Assembly (NCBI GenBank): GCA_029907705.1
Contig: JARYLJ010000004.1
Span: 4,893-68,892 of the forward strand
Reading direction: 5' to 3'
Origin: Methanomicrobiales archaeon
Lineage (GTDB): Archaea; Halobacteriota; Methanomicrobia; Methanomicrobiales; JACTUA01
Length of the DNA: 64,000 bases
The notes under the pieces: generated by a model
What the model saw: only the letters and a program-made list of their open reading frames with translations
Databases searched by the model: none
Told to the model about the DNA's origin: nothing
Translations under genes and position numbers: made by a program
In this document: piece after piece, positions 21,004 through 31,296 of the stretch
Layout of the letters: the number at the start of each line of letters is the position of its first letter
How positions within the stretch are numbered: position 1 is the first letter of the stretch

Positions 21004-21927
21004 TCAGAAGAGTTCGTGGAGCCTGAACTGGTGGGGCCCCAGTTTTCCTCCATAGTTCCCTGCACTGATCACCCTGACCCCCGGCACCTTCGTCGCCGCG
21101 AGGATACCGACCTTCATCGCCTTCTTGATGGACTCTGCATCCAGCCCATCGATCACGATCTCGTATATCGCCTTCACACCGTCCGGCACTTTGCTATGCG
21201 GAACCTTTGCCTTCAGGGTCGGGCAGTACAGTTCATTGGTGCTCGCAGGAAGCGCCTTGTATTTGTTGCTCCCCACCTTGGAACCGCTGGAAACGATACC
21301 TCCCGGAAACGGCAGGATCACATTCCGGACATCATTTATCGCCTCCACTGCCGCCTGTGCGCCCATGAGCGCAGCCATCTGCCCCTCCCCCATGACGAAG
21401 AAGTTGCCGCCTGCGATCCCCTTCACCGCACCGAACTCCTCCTCGCCGATGTACTCGCCTCCCATGATCGGTATCGCGAAGACCTTTCTTCCGCCCACCT
21501 CGCGTCTCTCCTGAAAACCGTCGCCGAAGAAGTTCATCTTCACAGGCACACGGAGGGCTGCCTGTGGCAGGCCGTCGAAGACCGCCGTCGTGGGTGCCGT
21601 GAGAATGCACTCCCCGATACGCTCGATCAGGACATGCTTCACCTTCTCCTTCACGACCTCGTCCGCATTCTCGCCCTTCTTTACCCGCACCCCGACGCAG
21701 AAGAGCACCGCGACACCCGGTCTGCCGTCCGGGGTCTCCTCCCCCGTCAGGTACGCCTCAATGCCCGCTTCGCAGGGGCACCCGATGGCCGAGGTGGCAA
21801 AACCTGTTGCCTCCAGCGCGGCCTTCTCCGCCCATCCACGGGTGACTCCTGTGATGATCACCCGACAAATCCACGTGGGGAACGCCTCTGCATATGTGTC
21901 GTCGATCAGAACACCATTGATCTCCAT
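21004..21927 (-). CDS. ftr: Formylmethanofuran-tetrahydromethanopterin formyltransferase
   Basis: MEINGV.IDDTYAEAF, GFATS.IGCPCEAG, TPDGRPG, PFPGGIVSSGSKVG, SAGNYGGKLG. Confidence 0.97.
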   Translation of the reverse strand: MEINGVLIDDTYAEAFPTWICRVIITGVTRGWAEKAALEATGFATSAIGCPCEAGIEAYLTGEETPDGRPGVAVLFCVGVRVKKGENADEVVKEKVKHVLIERIGECILTAPTTAVFDGLPQAALRVPVKMNFFGDGFQERREVGGRKVFAIPIMGGEYIGEEEFGAVKGIAGGNFFVMGEGQMAALMGAQAAVEAINDVRNVILPFPGGIVSSGSKVGSNKYKALPASTNELYCPTLKAKVPHSKVPDGVKAIYEIVIDGLDAESIKKAMKVGILAATKVPGVRVISAGNYGGKLGPHQFRLHELF

Positions 21928-22415
21928 CTGCACTCACTCCATTACGCAAGAATGTCAGTGGTGCGGGTGAATAATTTTACCATTTATTTTACCATTTCCT
22001 ACAGAATTTTCTGTTCAGAGGTGAGGGCAGGTGGTTCACGCCGCACAATCGCCATGCAGAAGAGGCACGGAACGTGGCATGTCCGGTCATTCGCCCGTGC
22101 GCAGTGCCACTGCCTACACAGGCAGTGAATTACAGGGGTGGGGAAGTACAGAGACCTTCGCATCACTTCTGTCGGTGCGCATCCGGTTCATTACCATATT
22201 TCAGAAACCTCCCCCAACGGGTCCATTCGCGAACGCCGATCCAGCCTCACTGAATGCCATTTTAGATCGATCCCCTCACCTGTTTTTAGACACATTGACA
22301 TATTAAAAAAATTAAATAAATATATTGTACAAATCATTTCAGAACCTTTATCAACCGTCCGGTTCCAGATTTTCTGTAATCGATTTTCTAATCGATGAAT
22401 CTGGTGCGTGATTGC

Positions 22416-22694
22416 ATGGCATTTGCACTGCATATCAACATGGAACGCTGTACTGGCTGTAACAACTGTGTGGTCGCGTGCCCCGTCAATGCACTGGAGC
22501 TCCATACCGTGGATCCTGTTACGAAGGAGAAGATATACAGGGTCATCGACGGCAAGGCGATTAGCCTGGACGTCAAGGCGGAGCTCTGCGCAGGTTGCGG
22601 TGTATGTGTCGAGGCATGCCCCTACGGGGTTATCAAGCTGGTGGGACCTATGGAGATTAAGTCCAAACCGCTTGTATCAGGAGCAATGGAGTGA
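22416..22694 (+). CDS. fwdG: 2x[4Fe-4S] subunit of formylmethanofuran dehydrogenase (FwdG/FmdG-like)
   Basis: CTGCNNCVVACP and CAGCGVCVEACP; first gene of the fwdF-hdr-fwd operon. Start ATG 22416. Confidence 0.8.
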   Translation: MAFALHINMERCTGCNNCVVACPVNALELHTVDPVTKEKIYRVIDGKAISLDVKAELCAGCGVCVEACPYGVIKLVGPMEIKSKPLVSGAME

Positions 22695-22700
22695 TGAGAT

Positions 22701-23897
22701 TTGATTACTCTTTACCCGAAGTTTTCCAAGAAGATTGAGTCCCAGCGGGACGGGACGAAGATGATCATGGAGCAGAAGCTCCTGCAGCAGAAGAACCAGC
22801 TGGTGCTGAACATAGATACCTGCACCGGCTGCGGCATCTGCGTGGAGGCATGCCCGGAGGAGGCGATCAAGCTGGGCCTGGTCGGCGCCGTGAGGAGGGG
22901 GGCCGTGGATTACGCAGCACCCATCGACGTGGACGAGGCGAAGTGCTCGTACTGCGGTGTCTGCCCGACGCTATGCCCCTTCAGTGCACTCTCGCTGCTC
23001 GTGGACGGGGAGGAACGCTACCCGATCATCGAGAAGGAGGGGTTCCCCACCTACGATCAGGTCTCGAAGATCGATGACGAGAAGTGCATCAAGTGCCTGA
23101 TCTGCGAGGAGATATGCCCCAGGGACGCGATCGACCGGAAGGTCGACCTCTACGAAGGTGCCTCGAAGGAAGGGAAAGAACGACAACTCGCGATCAAGAC
23201 GAAGACCACCTTCAAGGTGGACATGGAGAAGTGCACGGGATGCGGCATCTGCGGTTACCTCTGCCCGGCAATCACCGTGAAGCGGAAGCCGTACACGGCA
23301 GAGACCGGGAAAGTCGAGATCGTCTCGGATCCGAAGACCGGGTTACCATGGGACGAATCGAAGTGCGATGCCTGCAAGGTCTGCGTGGAGGCATGCCCGG
23401 AGGAGTGCATCACCGTCGAACGCGAGGTCGTGAGCGACAAGATCGAGGGCAAGGTGGACATCAAGGAGGATCTCTGCTGTACCTGCACCTGGTGCTCGAA
23501 GAACTGCCCGACCGAGGCGATTACCGTGGAGAAGCTCTTCGATGGCGAGATCGAGTTCTTCCCGGAGAAGTGCCCGGCCGGCTGTTCCACCTGTGTGGAG
23601 GTCTGCCCGTGCAACGCGATCTACCTGCCCACGCCGCCGAAGGCAGCAGCGCTTAAAGGCGTACAGGAGGCAAAGATCGCGGTGAACAAGGAGTACTGCA
23701 TGTTCTGCGGCGCCTGCGTGAATGCATGCCCGGGTGAGGATATCATCGTCCTGAAGCGTAACGGCATACGGGTGAAGGGGAAGGAGACGGACCTCTTCAA
23801 GAAGATCAAGGAGAAGCTCTTCACGAAACGCACATCCAAGGTGAAGGAGGAAGTACCGCCCGGTCAGGTGGCGATCAAGGTAATCGAAAAGGCGTGA
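22701..23897 (+). CDS. fwdF: Polyferredoxin subunit F of formylmethanofuran dehydrogenase
   Basis: Eight CxxCxxCxxxCP-type motifs; 398 aa; operon context. Confidence 0.9.
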   Translation: MITLYPKFSKKIESQRDGTKMIMEQKLLQQKNQLVLNIDTCTGCGICVEACPEEAIKLGLVGAVRRGAVDYAAPIDVDEAKCSYCGVCPTLCPFSALSLLVDGEERYPIIEKEGFPTYDQVSKIDDEKCIKCLICEEICPRDAIDRKVDLYEGASKEGKERQLAIKTKTTFKVDMEKCTGCGICGYLCPAITVKRKPYTAETGKVEIVSDPKTGLPWDESKCDACKVCVEACPEECITVEREVVSDKIEGKVDIKEDLCCTCTWCSKNCPTEAITVEKLFDGEIEFFPEKCPAGCSTCVEVCPCNAIYLPTPPKAAALKGVQEAKIAVNKEYCMFCGACVNACPGEDIIVLKRNGIRVKGKETDLFKKIKEKLFTKRTSKVKEEVPPGQVAIKVIEKA

Positions 23898-23906
23898 GGT
23901 ATCAGC

Positions 23907-24497
23907 ATGGCAAAGGCAAAGGGATATTCAGATCCAAAAATGGAAGAAAAGCTGCGGGATCGCTACTATTACCGTACCGACAGCAACCCTGAGTTCTCGA
24001 AAAGGATCAGGGATATCAGCCAGACCGTATCGCATATGTGCTACCAGTGCGGCACATGCACGGGCTCATGTCCGTCTGCACCGCGTTCGTCCTACCGCAT
24101 CAGGCTCTTCATGAGGAGGAACGTGATGGGTCTCGAGGACGAGGCATTGACCGACCCCGATCTCTGGCTCTGCACCACCTGTTACAGCTGCACGGACCGG
24201 TGCCCGCGGGACATCGCACCCACGGATGTGATCATGGCGATGAGGAACCTCGCCGCCGAGAGGGATATCATTCCGGTGAACTTCCTGAAGACCGTGCAGG
24301 CGATTTATACCACGGGGCATGGTGTGCCAAACAACGATGTGAACCGTGCCGCACGACAGCGCCTGGGGCTCGAGAGGGAGCCGCCGACGGTGCACAAGTA
24401 CAAGCAGTATCTGCCGGGCATCCAGAAGATCCTGGACCACTACGGACTGAAGGCGAGAGCGGACAAGATCGTCGCGGAGGCTGAGAAGCATGCGTGA
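23907..24497 (+). CDS. hdrC: Heterodisulfide reductase subunit C
   Basis: CYQCGTCTGSCP, LWLCTTCYSCTDRCPR, TGHGVP. Confidence 0.96.
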   Translation: MAKAKGYSDPKMEEKLRDRYYYRTDSNPEFSKRIRDISQTVSHMCYQCGTCTGSCPSAPRSSYRIRLFMRRNVMGLEDEALTDPDLWLCTTCYSCTDRCPRDIAPTDVIMAMRNLAAERDIIPVNFLKTVQAIYTTGHGVPNNDVNRAARQRLGLEREPPTVHKYKQYLPGIQKILDHYGLKARADKIVAEAEKHA

Positions 24498-25380
24498 GTA
24501 CGCGTTCTTCCTCGGGTGCATCGCACCGAACCGGTACCCGGGATGCGAATCCGCTGCCATCAGGACAAGCAGGAAACTGGGCATCGAACTGCTCCCGCTC
24601 GAGGGTGCGAGCTGCTGCCCTGCTCCAGGTGCATTCGGTTCCATCGATCTGAAGATCTGGTACGCGATGGCGGCGAGAAACCTGGTGCTCGCGGAGAAGA
24701 TGAAGAAGGACATCGCGCTTCTCTGCAACGGGTGCTACAAATCGATATGGGACGTAAACCACAAGCTGAAGCACAACGACGAGCTTCGGGACGGCGTGAA
24801 CGAGGTGCTGAAGGAGATCGATATGGAGTTCAAGGGCACGATCGATGTATGGCACCTCATCGAGCTCTACTACGACCCGAAGATCGTGGGAGTGGATAAG
24901 GTGAGGGACAGTGTCGTGCATCCGCTTACCAGAACGAGGATCGGTGTCCACTATGGCTGTCACCTCGTAAAGCCAAAGAAGGAGCACCACTTTGGCGATT
25001 CAGAGAATCCGATGTGGATCGAGGAGCTGGTCGGTGCACTCGGGGCCGAGCCGATCCAGTACAGAAAGAAGATGCAGTGCTGCGGTGCAGGAGGGGGTGT
25101 GAGAGGTTACGACATTGCCCACTCGTTAGATATCACGAACGAGAAGATGATCAACCTCCACGAGGCGAAGGCAGATGCGGTGACGGAGGTGTGCCCATTC
25201 TGCCAGCTCCAGTTCGACCGCGGCCAGATCGAGATCAAGGAGAAGTTCGGCAAGTACTGGGGTCTGCCGGTACTGCACTACAGCGAGCTGCTGGGCCTTG
25301 CTCAGGGGATGAGTCCGGCCGAACTCGGGCTCGATCTGCATGCGGTTGACTGCACGCCGTTCCTGAAGAAGATACTGTGA
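24490..25380 (+). CDS. hdrB: Heterodisulfide reductase subunit B
   Basis: FLGC, SCCPAPG, CNGC, HYGCH, CCGAGGG, CPFCQLQFD (two CCG domains). Confidence 0.97.
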   Translation: MREYAFFLGCIAPNRYPGCESAAIRTSRKLGIELLPLEGASCCPAPGAFGSIDLKIWYAMAARNLVLAEKMKKDIALLCNGCYKSIWDVNHKLKHNDELRDGVNEVLKEIDMEFKGTIDVWHLIELYYDPKIVGVDKVRDSVVHPLTRTRIGVHYGCHLVKPKKEHHFGDSENPMWIEELVGALGAEPIQYRKKMQCCGAGGGVRGYDIAHSLDITNEKMINLHEAKADAVTEVCPFCQLQFDRGQIEIKEKFGKYWGLPVLHYSELLGLAQGMSPAELGLDLHAVDCTPFLKKIL

Positions 25381-25391
25381 GAGGTGTTGAA

Positions 25392-27413
25392 ATGGTCGAT
25401 ACAACAATGGAGAAGAATCCGAGAATCGGTGTATTCATCTGTCACTGCGGTACCAACATCGCCGGCTCGGTGGATGTGAAGGGGCTGGTAGAGTACGCGA
25501 AGACACTGCCGAACGTGGCATTCGCCACGGATTACCAGTACGTATGCTCCACCCCGGGCCAGAAGATCATCACCGATGCGATCAGTGAACACAAACTGAC
25601 CGGCACTGTCGTCGCTGCCTGCTCGCCGAGGCTGCACGAACCGACATTCAGGACCGCCACGAAGGAGGGCGGGCTGAACCCGTTCAGGTTCGAGATGGCA
25701 AACATCAGGGAGCAGAACTCATGGGTGCACATGCACGACCGTGAGGCGGCCACCGAGAAGGCAAAGGATGCAGTCAGGATGGCGGTCGCGAAGGCATCGC
25801 TCCTGCAGGACCTGGAGGTGAAGACGGTCCCGGTCGAGAAGGCGGCGCTCATCGTGGGTGCGGGAGTCGCCGGCATGCAGGCGGCGCTCGACCTCGGTAA
25901 CGCGGGTATCAAGACATACCTCGTCGAGAAGAACCCCACCATCGGCGGGCGGATGTCGCAGCTGGACAAGACCTTCCCCACGCTCGACTGCTCGCAGTGC
26001 ATTCTCACACCAAAGATGGTGGACGTCTACAGGAATCCGAATATCGAGCTGATGACCTACTCCGAGGTGGAGGCCGTGGAGGGATACATCGGCAACTTCG
26101 ATGTCACGATCAGGAAGAAGGCCCGCGGGGTCATCTCGATGGAGGAGGCAGAGGCGAAGGGGATCAAAGGAGGCGGCTGCAACGGATGCGGGGACTGCGA
26201 ACCGGTCTGCCCGGTGATAAAGCCCAATCCATTCGAGATGGGGATGAAGCCCCGGAAGGCGATCTACATCTACCATCCGCAGGTGGTGCCCCTGCTCTAC
26301 ACCGTGGACTTCGATTCATGCATCAAGTGCGGCCTCTGTGTCGAGGCGTGCGGCGAGAAGAAGGCGATCGATCTGGAGATGATGGACGAATTCGTCAAGC
26401 TGAAGATCGGTACCGTCATCATCGCAACCGGATACGAGCTCTTCCCGGTCGAGAAGAAGACTGAGTGGGGTTACAAGCAGTTCGACAACGTCGTGACGAG
26501 CCTCGAGTTCGAGCGGCTCATCTGTGCCTCCGGGCCGACCGGCGGGAACGTGATCAGGCCAAGCGACGGACAGAAACCGAAGAAGATCGGATTCGTCCTC
26601 TGTGCCGGATCGAGGGACAACACAGGAGTAGGCAAACCCTACTGTTCCAGGTTCTGCTGCATGTACTCCCTGAAGCATGCGCACCAGATCATCGAGAAGA
26701 TACCGGGTGCGACACCGTATCTCTTCTACATGGATATCCGTTCCTTCGGGAAGATGTACGAGGAGTTCTACTACCGTATACAGGACGAGGGTGCGAAGTT
26801 CATCAGGGGCAGGGTCTCGAACATCCTCGAGGATCCGGCAACGAAGAACCTGCACGTCTACACAGAGGACACGCTCCTCGGAAGACCCGTGGATGTCGAA
26901 CTGGATATGGTCGTTCTTGCCGCCGCCGTGCAGCCGATGGAGGGTGCAGATACGGTGAGGAAGCTCTTCGGCGTCTCCTGTTCTCAGGACGGCTGGATGC
27001 TCGAGGCGCACCCGAAGCTGAACCCGTGCGGCACCACCACTGCAGGCGTGTACCTTGCCGGTGTCTGCCAGGGTCCGAAGGATATCCCCGATGCGGTCGC
27101 ACAGGCAGAGGGCGCCGCCTCTGTGGCGAGCATTCCCCTCCACAGGGGATTCGTGGAGCTCGAGCCATACTTCGCGCAGTGCATCGAGGAGAAGTGCGCC
27201 GGCTGCGGCATGTGCGTGAACCTCTGCCCGTACCAGGCGCTCTCGCTCGTGGAGAAGGAGGGCAGAAGGCTAATGCAGGTGACCGAGGCGAAGTGCAAGG
27301 GATGCGGCACCTGCGGTGGTTTCTGTCCGGGTGGCGCGATCTGGATGCAGCACTTCGCGACACCGCAGATCGTGGCGCAGATCGATGCGTTCCTGCTCGG
27401 GGGTGAGCAGTAG
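25392..27413 (+). CDS. hdrA: Heterodisulfide reductase subunit A (electron-bifurcating flavoprotein)
   Basis: IGVFICHCG.NI, ACSPRLHE, GAGVAG, LDKTFPTLDC, CSRFCCMY, ferredoxin motifs. Start ATG 25392. Confidence 0.97.
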   Translation: MVDTTMEKNPRIGVFICHCGTNIAGSVDVKGLVEYAKTLPNVAFATDYQYVCSTPGQKIITDAISEHKLTGTVVAACSPRLHEPTFRTATKEGGLNPFRFEMANIREQNSWVHMHDREAATEKAKDAVRMAVAKASLLQDLEVKTVPVEKAALIVGAGVAGMQAALDLGNAGIKTYLVEKNPTIGGRMSQLDKTFPTLDCSQCILTPKMVDVYRNPNIELMTYSEVEAVEGYIGNFDVTIRKKARGVISMEEAEAKGIKGGGCNGCGDCEPVCPVIKPNPFEMGMKPRKAIYIYHPQVVPLLYTVDFDSCIKCGLCVEACGEKKAIDLEMMDEFVKLKIGTVIIATGYELFPVEKKTEWGYKQFDNVVTSLEFERLICASGPTGGNVIRPSDGQKPKKIGFVLCAGSRDNTGVGKPYCSRFCCMYSLKHAHQIIEKIPGATPYLFYMDIRSFGKMYEEFYYRIQDEGAKFIRGRVSNILEDPATKNLHVYTEDTLLGRPVDVELDMVVLAAAVQPMEGADTVRKLFGVSCSQDGWMLEAHPKLNPCGTTTAGVYLAGVCQGPKDIPDAVAQAEGAASVASIPLHRGFVELEPYFAQCIEEKCAGCGMCVNLCPYQALSLVEKEGRRLMQVTEAKCKGCGTCGGFCPGGAIWMQHFATPQIVAQIDAFLLGGEQ

Positions 27414-27836
27414 ATGGCAGAGGAGTTCAAACCCAAGATACTCGGCATCGTATGCAACTGGTGCTCCTACGCGGGAGCTGACCTCGCGGGAAGCGCCCGA
27501 ACGCAGTACCCGCCGGACATCCGAATCGTGCGCATGATGTGCACGGGCAGACTGGACCCGCTCTTCGTGATGAAGGCGTTCGTCGATGGCGCCGACGGCG
27601 TACTCGTCTCGGGGTGCCATTTCGGCGACTGCCACTACCTCGAGGGGAACTACAAGGCGGCGAAGAGGATGTTCCTGCTGAAGAGCCTCCTGCGTGGCAT
27701 CGGGATCGAGGACAAGCGCCTCCGCATGACCTTCGTCTCCGCTTCCGAGGGTGCGAAGTGGGCGAAGGTGGTGGAGGATGTGGTGAAGACGATAGATGAA
27801 CTGGGACCTAGCCCCCTCAGGGAGATGGCAAAGTAA
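27414..27836 (+). CDS. mvhD: MvhD/FlpD [2Fe-2S] subunit
   Basis: CNWCSYAGAD, MCTGR, GCHFGDCHY..GN, SASEG. Confidence 0.96.
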   Translation: MAEEFKPKILGIVCNWCSYAGADLAGSARTQYPPDIRIVRMMCTGRLDPLFVMKAFVDGADGVLVSGCHFGDCHYLEGNYKAAKRMFLLKSLLRGIGIEDKRLRMTFVSASEGAKWAKVVEDVVKTIDELGPSPLREMAK

Positions 27837-27854
27837 TCGCATCGAGGTGATGCA

Positions 27855-28259
27855 TTGCCCAAAATAACTCTCAATCTGATCAGCGGGCGGACCATCCAGC
27901 AGGGAGTCTCGATGGAGGGCGGGAAGAACAAGCCGGCCTACCAGGAGGCGTGCGGGATCATCGAGATCGATCCCGCCGACTTCAAGAGGCTCAGCGCCTG
28001 GAGGAACACGAACGTGCGGGTGACCAGCGCTCACGGCAGCGTCGTCGTGAAGGCAGTGGAGGCGACGCAGGGCCCGCACCCGGGCATCGCATTCATTCCT
28101 TTGGGTCCATGGGCGAATGCGGTCGTTAACCCGAAGACGTTCTCCACCGGGATGCCCACCTTCAAAGGGGTCCCCGTGACAGTGGAACCGGCACCCGATG
28201 AAAAGGTGCTGGATGCGATAACGCTGGTTCAGACTCTGTGCCGGAGTGGTAAGCGATGA
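27855..28259 (+). CDS. fwdD: Formylmethanofuran dehydrogenase subunit D
   Basis: L.SGRTIQQG, FIPLGPWAN, TGMPTFKG. Confidence 0.94.
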   Translation: MPKITLNLISGRTIQQGVSMEGGKNKPAYQEACGIIEIDPADFKRLSAWRNTNVRVTSAHGSVVVKAVEATQGPHPGIAFIPLGPWANAVVNPKTFSTGMPTFKGVPVTVEPAPDEKVLDAITLVQTLCRSGKR

Positions 28260-29572
28260 CAAAGACAGTGACAGATGTGATCTGCCCGTTCTGCGGGACG
28301 CTCTGCGACGATATCGAGGTCGTCCTGAGTGATGACGGAAAGAAGATACTGGAAGTGGTGAATGCCTGTGCCATCGGTGCGCAGAAGTTCCACCATGCGA
28401 TGGCCGAGGACAGGCCGAAGAAACCCAGGATGAAGCAGCCGGACGGCACCTACAAGGAGGTGAGCTACGACGAGGCGGTCGAGTATACCGCTCAAATGCT
28501 CGCGAACGCAAAGAAACCACTGCTTTATGGCTGGTCCTCCACCAGCTGCGAGGCGGACAGCATCGGAAACGAGATCACCGAGCTCTGCGGGGGCTGCGTG
28601 GACAACACGGCGGCGGTCTGCCATGGCACCACGCTGATTGCACTTCAGGATGTCGGCGTACCGAGCTGCACCCTGGGTGAGGTAAGGAACAGGGCGGACC
28701 GCATCATCTACTGGGGCTGCAACCCGGCGCATGCGCATCCACGCCATATGAGCCGGTACTCCATATTCCCCCGAGGGTTCTTTACCGGGAAGGGCTCCCA
28801 GAGCCGGAAGGTGATCGTGGTCGATCCGCGCGTGACCGATACGGCAAAGCTCGCTGATTATCATTACCAGGTTGAGCAGGGACGCGACTACGAGCTCCTC
28901 CAGGCATTCAGGACCGCCCTGAAGGGCGAGTGGCTTCCGGATACCGTGGCAGGTATCCCGAAGGAGAAGATATACGAGGGCGCCGAGGTGATGAAGAGCG
29001 GCCGGTTCGGGATCATCTTCTTCGGTATGGGTGTGACGCAGTCCCTCTCGAAGAACCACAACATCGATGCGGCGATCTGCCTCACGAAGGAACTGAACAC
29101 CTACACGAAGTTCACGATCATGCCGATGCGGGGTCATTACAATGTCACCGGGCATGGCGAGGTGCTTGGATGGCAGTACGGGTTCCCCTACAGCGTCGAT
29201 ATCTCGAGAGGATATGCACGTTACAACCCCGGAGATACATCCACCATCGATCTCCTGCTCAGGGGCGAGGTGGATGCGTTCTTCAGCATCGCCACCGATC
29301 CGGGTGCACACTTCCCCATCGATGCGGTGAGGAGGATCTCGGAGCTGCCTTCCGTCGCTGTCGATCCATTCATCACACCTACGACGGAAGTCTCGAAGCT
29401 CCATGTGCCTGTCGCATTCGTCGGGATCGAGGTCGGAGGAAATGCCTATCGGATGGACAATGTGCCGATCGACTGCCGCAAGGTGATCGATCCACCTGAA
29501 GGCGTTCTGACCGATGAACAGTTCCTGGAACGCGTGCTGAAGCGCATCAGGGAACTGAAGGGGGTGAAGTGA
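28256..29572 (+). CDS. fwdB: Formylmethanofuran dehydrogenase subunit B (Cys form)
   Basis: CPFCGTLCDD, VCHG, GCNP.HAHPRH, MRGHYNV, YRMDNVP. Mo versus W isoform cannot be told from sequence. Confidence 0.96.
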   Translation: MTKTVTDVICPFCGTLCDDIEVVLSDDGKKILEVVNACAIGAQKFHHAMAEDRPKKPRMKQPDGTYKEVSYDEAVEYTAQMLANAKKPLLYGWSSTSCEADSIGNEITELCGGCVDNTAAVCHGTTLIALQDVGVPSCTLGEVRNRADRIIYWGCNPAHAHPRHMSRYSIFPRGFFTGKGSQSRKVIVVDPRVTDTAKLADYHYQVEQGRDYELLQAFRTALKGEWLPDTVAGIPKEKIYEGAEVMKSGRFGIIFFGMGVTQSLSKNHNIDAAICLTKELNTYTKFTIMPMRGHYNVTGHGEVLGWQYGFPYSVDISRGYARYNPGDTSTIDLLLRGEVDAFFSIATDPGAHFPIDAVRRISELPSVAVDPFITPTTEVSKLHVPVAFVGIEVGGNAYRMDNVPIDCRKVIDPPEGVLTDEQFLERVLKRIRELKGVK

Positions 29573-31281
29573 TGACAGAGTACCTTATCAAGAACGGTTT
29601 TGTCTTTGACCCCGTCCTGAAGCTGAAGGGGGAGAAGGCGGATGTGGCGATCAGGGACGGAAAGATCGTCGAGACGACGGAAGTGAAGAAGCCGAAGGTG
29701 ATCGACGCATCTGGTATGACCGTGATGGCGGGAGGCGTGGAGATCCATGCGCATATCGCAGGACCGAAGGTAAACTCGGGGAGGATCTTTAGACCGGAGG
29801 ATAAGCTCTTCAATACCGTCCCTGTGAAGAAGAACATGCGGGCGCAGGGCGGATTCTCCATCCCCACGACCTACAAGACCGGCTATGCCTATGCACAGCT
29901 TGGCTATACGACCGCGATGGAGGCAGCGATGCCCCCGCTCTTCGCACGCCACGTGCACGAAGAGATGCGGGACACACCGATACTGGACGAAGGTGCATAT
30001 CCCGTCTTCGGGAACAACTGGTTCGTCCTCGAGTACATCAAGAACAGGGAGGTCGAGAACACCGCGGCGTACATCGCCTGGCTCCTCCGCGCCACGAAGG
30101 GTTATGCGGTGAAGAGCGTGAACCCAGGCGGCACGGAGGCCTGGGGCTGGGGGCTGAACTGCCTGCAGGTGAACGACCCTGTGCCATACTTCGATGTCAC
30201 GCCGGACGAGATCACGAGAGGGCTGATAGAGGCGAACGAATACCTCGGGCTTCCGCACTCTCTCCACATACACGGGAACAACCTGGGCAACCCGGGCAAC
30301 TATACGACCACGCTGGACACGCTGAAGGCGGCGTCCGGCCAGAAGGCGAAGAACAAGTTCGGCAGGGAGACCATTCTCCATCACACTCACGTGCAGTTCC
30401 ACTCCTACGGCGGGGACAAGTGGGCGAACTTCGAGTCGAAGGCGAGGGAGATCATCGATTACATCAACAAACACAAGAACATCACCGCCGACGTGGGATT
30501 CGTCACACTCGACGAGACGACGACGATGACGGCGGACGGTCCCTTCGAATACCACCTCTCCCAGCTGAACCACCTGAAGTGGGTGAATGCAGATGTGGAG
30601 CTGGAGACCGCCGCCGGTGTGGTGCCCTATGTATACAGCCCGGACATCTTCGTCTGCGGGGTGCAATGGGCGATCGGGCTGGAAATTGCCCTGCTCGCGA
30701 AGGATCCGATGCGTGTCTTCATCTCCACCGACCATCCGAACGCCGGGCCTTTCACCAGGTATCCACGGATCCTGAAGTGGCTGATGAGTGCGAAGGCGAG
30801 GGAAGAGCAGATCAAGGCCTTCAAGCAGAGCGACAAGGTGGTGAACAGCTCCGAGATCGCCGGCATCGACAGGGAGCTCGACCTCTACGAGGTGGCGGCG
30901 ATGACACGGGCGGGGCCGGCGAAGTGCCTGGGCCTATCGCACCTCTACGGGAGCCTGAAACCGGGCGTGGATGGCGATGTGGCTGTATATGACTTCAACC
31001 CCGAGAAGGAGCACACTCCAGACCAGATCGAGAAGGCCTTCTCCAGCGTCAAGTACCTCTTCAAGAGGGGAGAGAAGATCATCGACAACCACGAGATCGT
31101 GAGCCACGGGAACAAGAGGACGCTCTGGGTGGATGTGAAGGTGAACGAAAACCTGCAGGTGATGCGTGACATACAGGAGAAGTTCATGAAGTACTACACG
31201 GTCACACTCGGGAACTACGAAGTGCACGGCAGGCATTTCATACCGAACCCGTTCGCACTCGAGGTGGACGCCACCCGCTGA
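29569..31281 (+). CDS. fwdA: Formylmethanofuran dehydrogenase subunit A
   Basis: HAHIAG, K.VNPGG, HIHGNNLG.PGN, STDHPNAGPF..YP, TRAGPA. Confidence 0.96.
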   Translation: MMTEYLIKNGFVFDPVLKLKGEKADVAIRDGKIVETTEVKKPKVIDASGMTVMAGGVEIHAHIAGPKVNSGRIFRPEDKLFNTVPVKKNMRAQGGFSIPTTYKTGYAYAQLGYTTAMEAAMPPLFARHVHEEMRDTPILDEGAYPVFGNNWFVLEYIKNREVENTAAYIAWLLRATKGYAVKSVNPGGTEAWGWGLNCLQVNDPVPYFDVTPDEITRGLIEANEYLGLPHSLHIHGNNLGNPGNYTTTLDTLKAASGQKAKNKFGRETILHHTHVQFHSYGGDKWANFESKAREIIDYINKHKNITADVGFVTLDETTTMTADGPFEYHLSQLNHLKWVNADVELETAAGVVPYVYSPDIFVCGVQWAIGLEIALLAKDPMRVFISTDHPNAGPFTRYPRILKWLMSAKAREEQIKAFKQSDKVVNSSEIAGIDRELDLYEVAAMTRAGPAKCLGLSHLYGSLKPGVDGDVAVYDFNPEKEHTPDQIEKAFSSVKYLFKRGEKIIDNHEIVSHGNKRTLWVDVKVNENLQVMRDIQEKFMKYYTVTLGNYEVHGRHFIPNPFALEVDATR

Positions 31282-31296
31282 TGGAGAGGAGAGAGA

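Noticed and set aside
25392-29572. Selenocysteine recoding in HdrA, MvhD or FwdB
   Set aside because: All frames are open with Cys at the relevant positions; no in-frame TGA.
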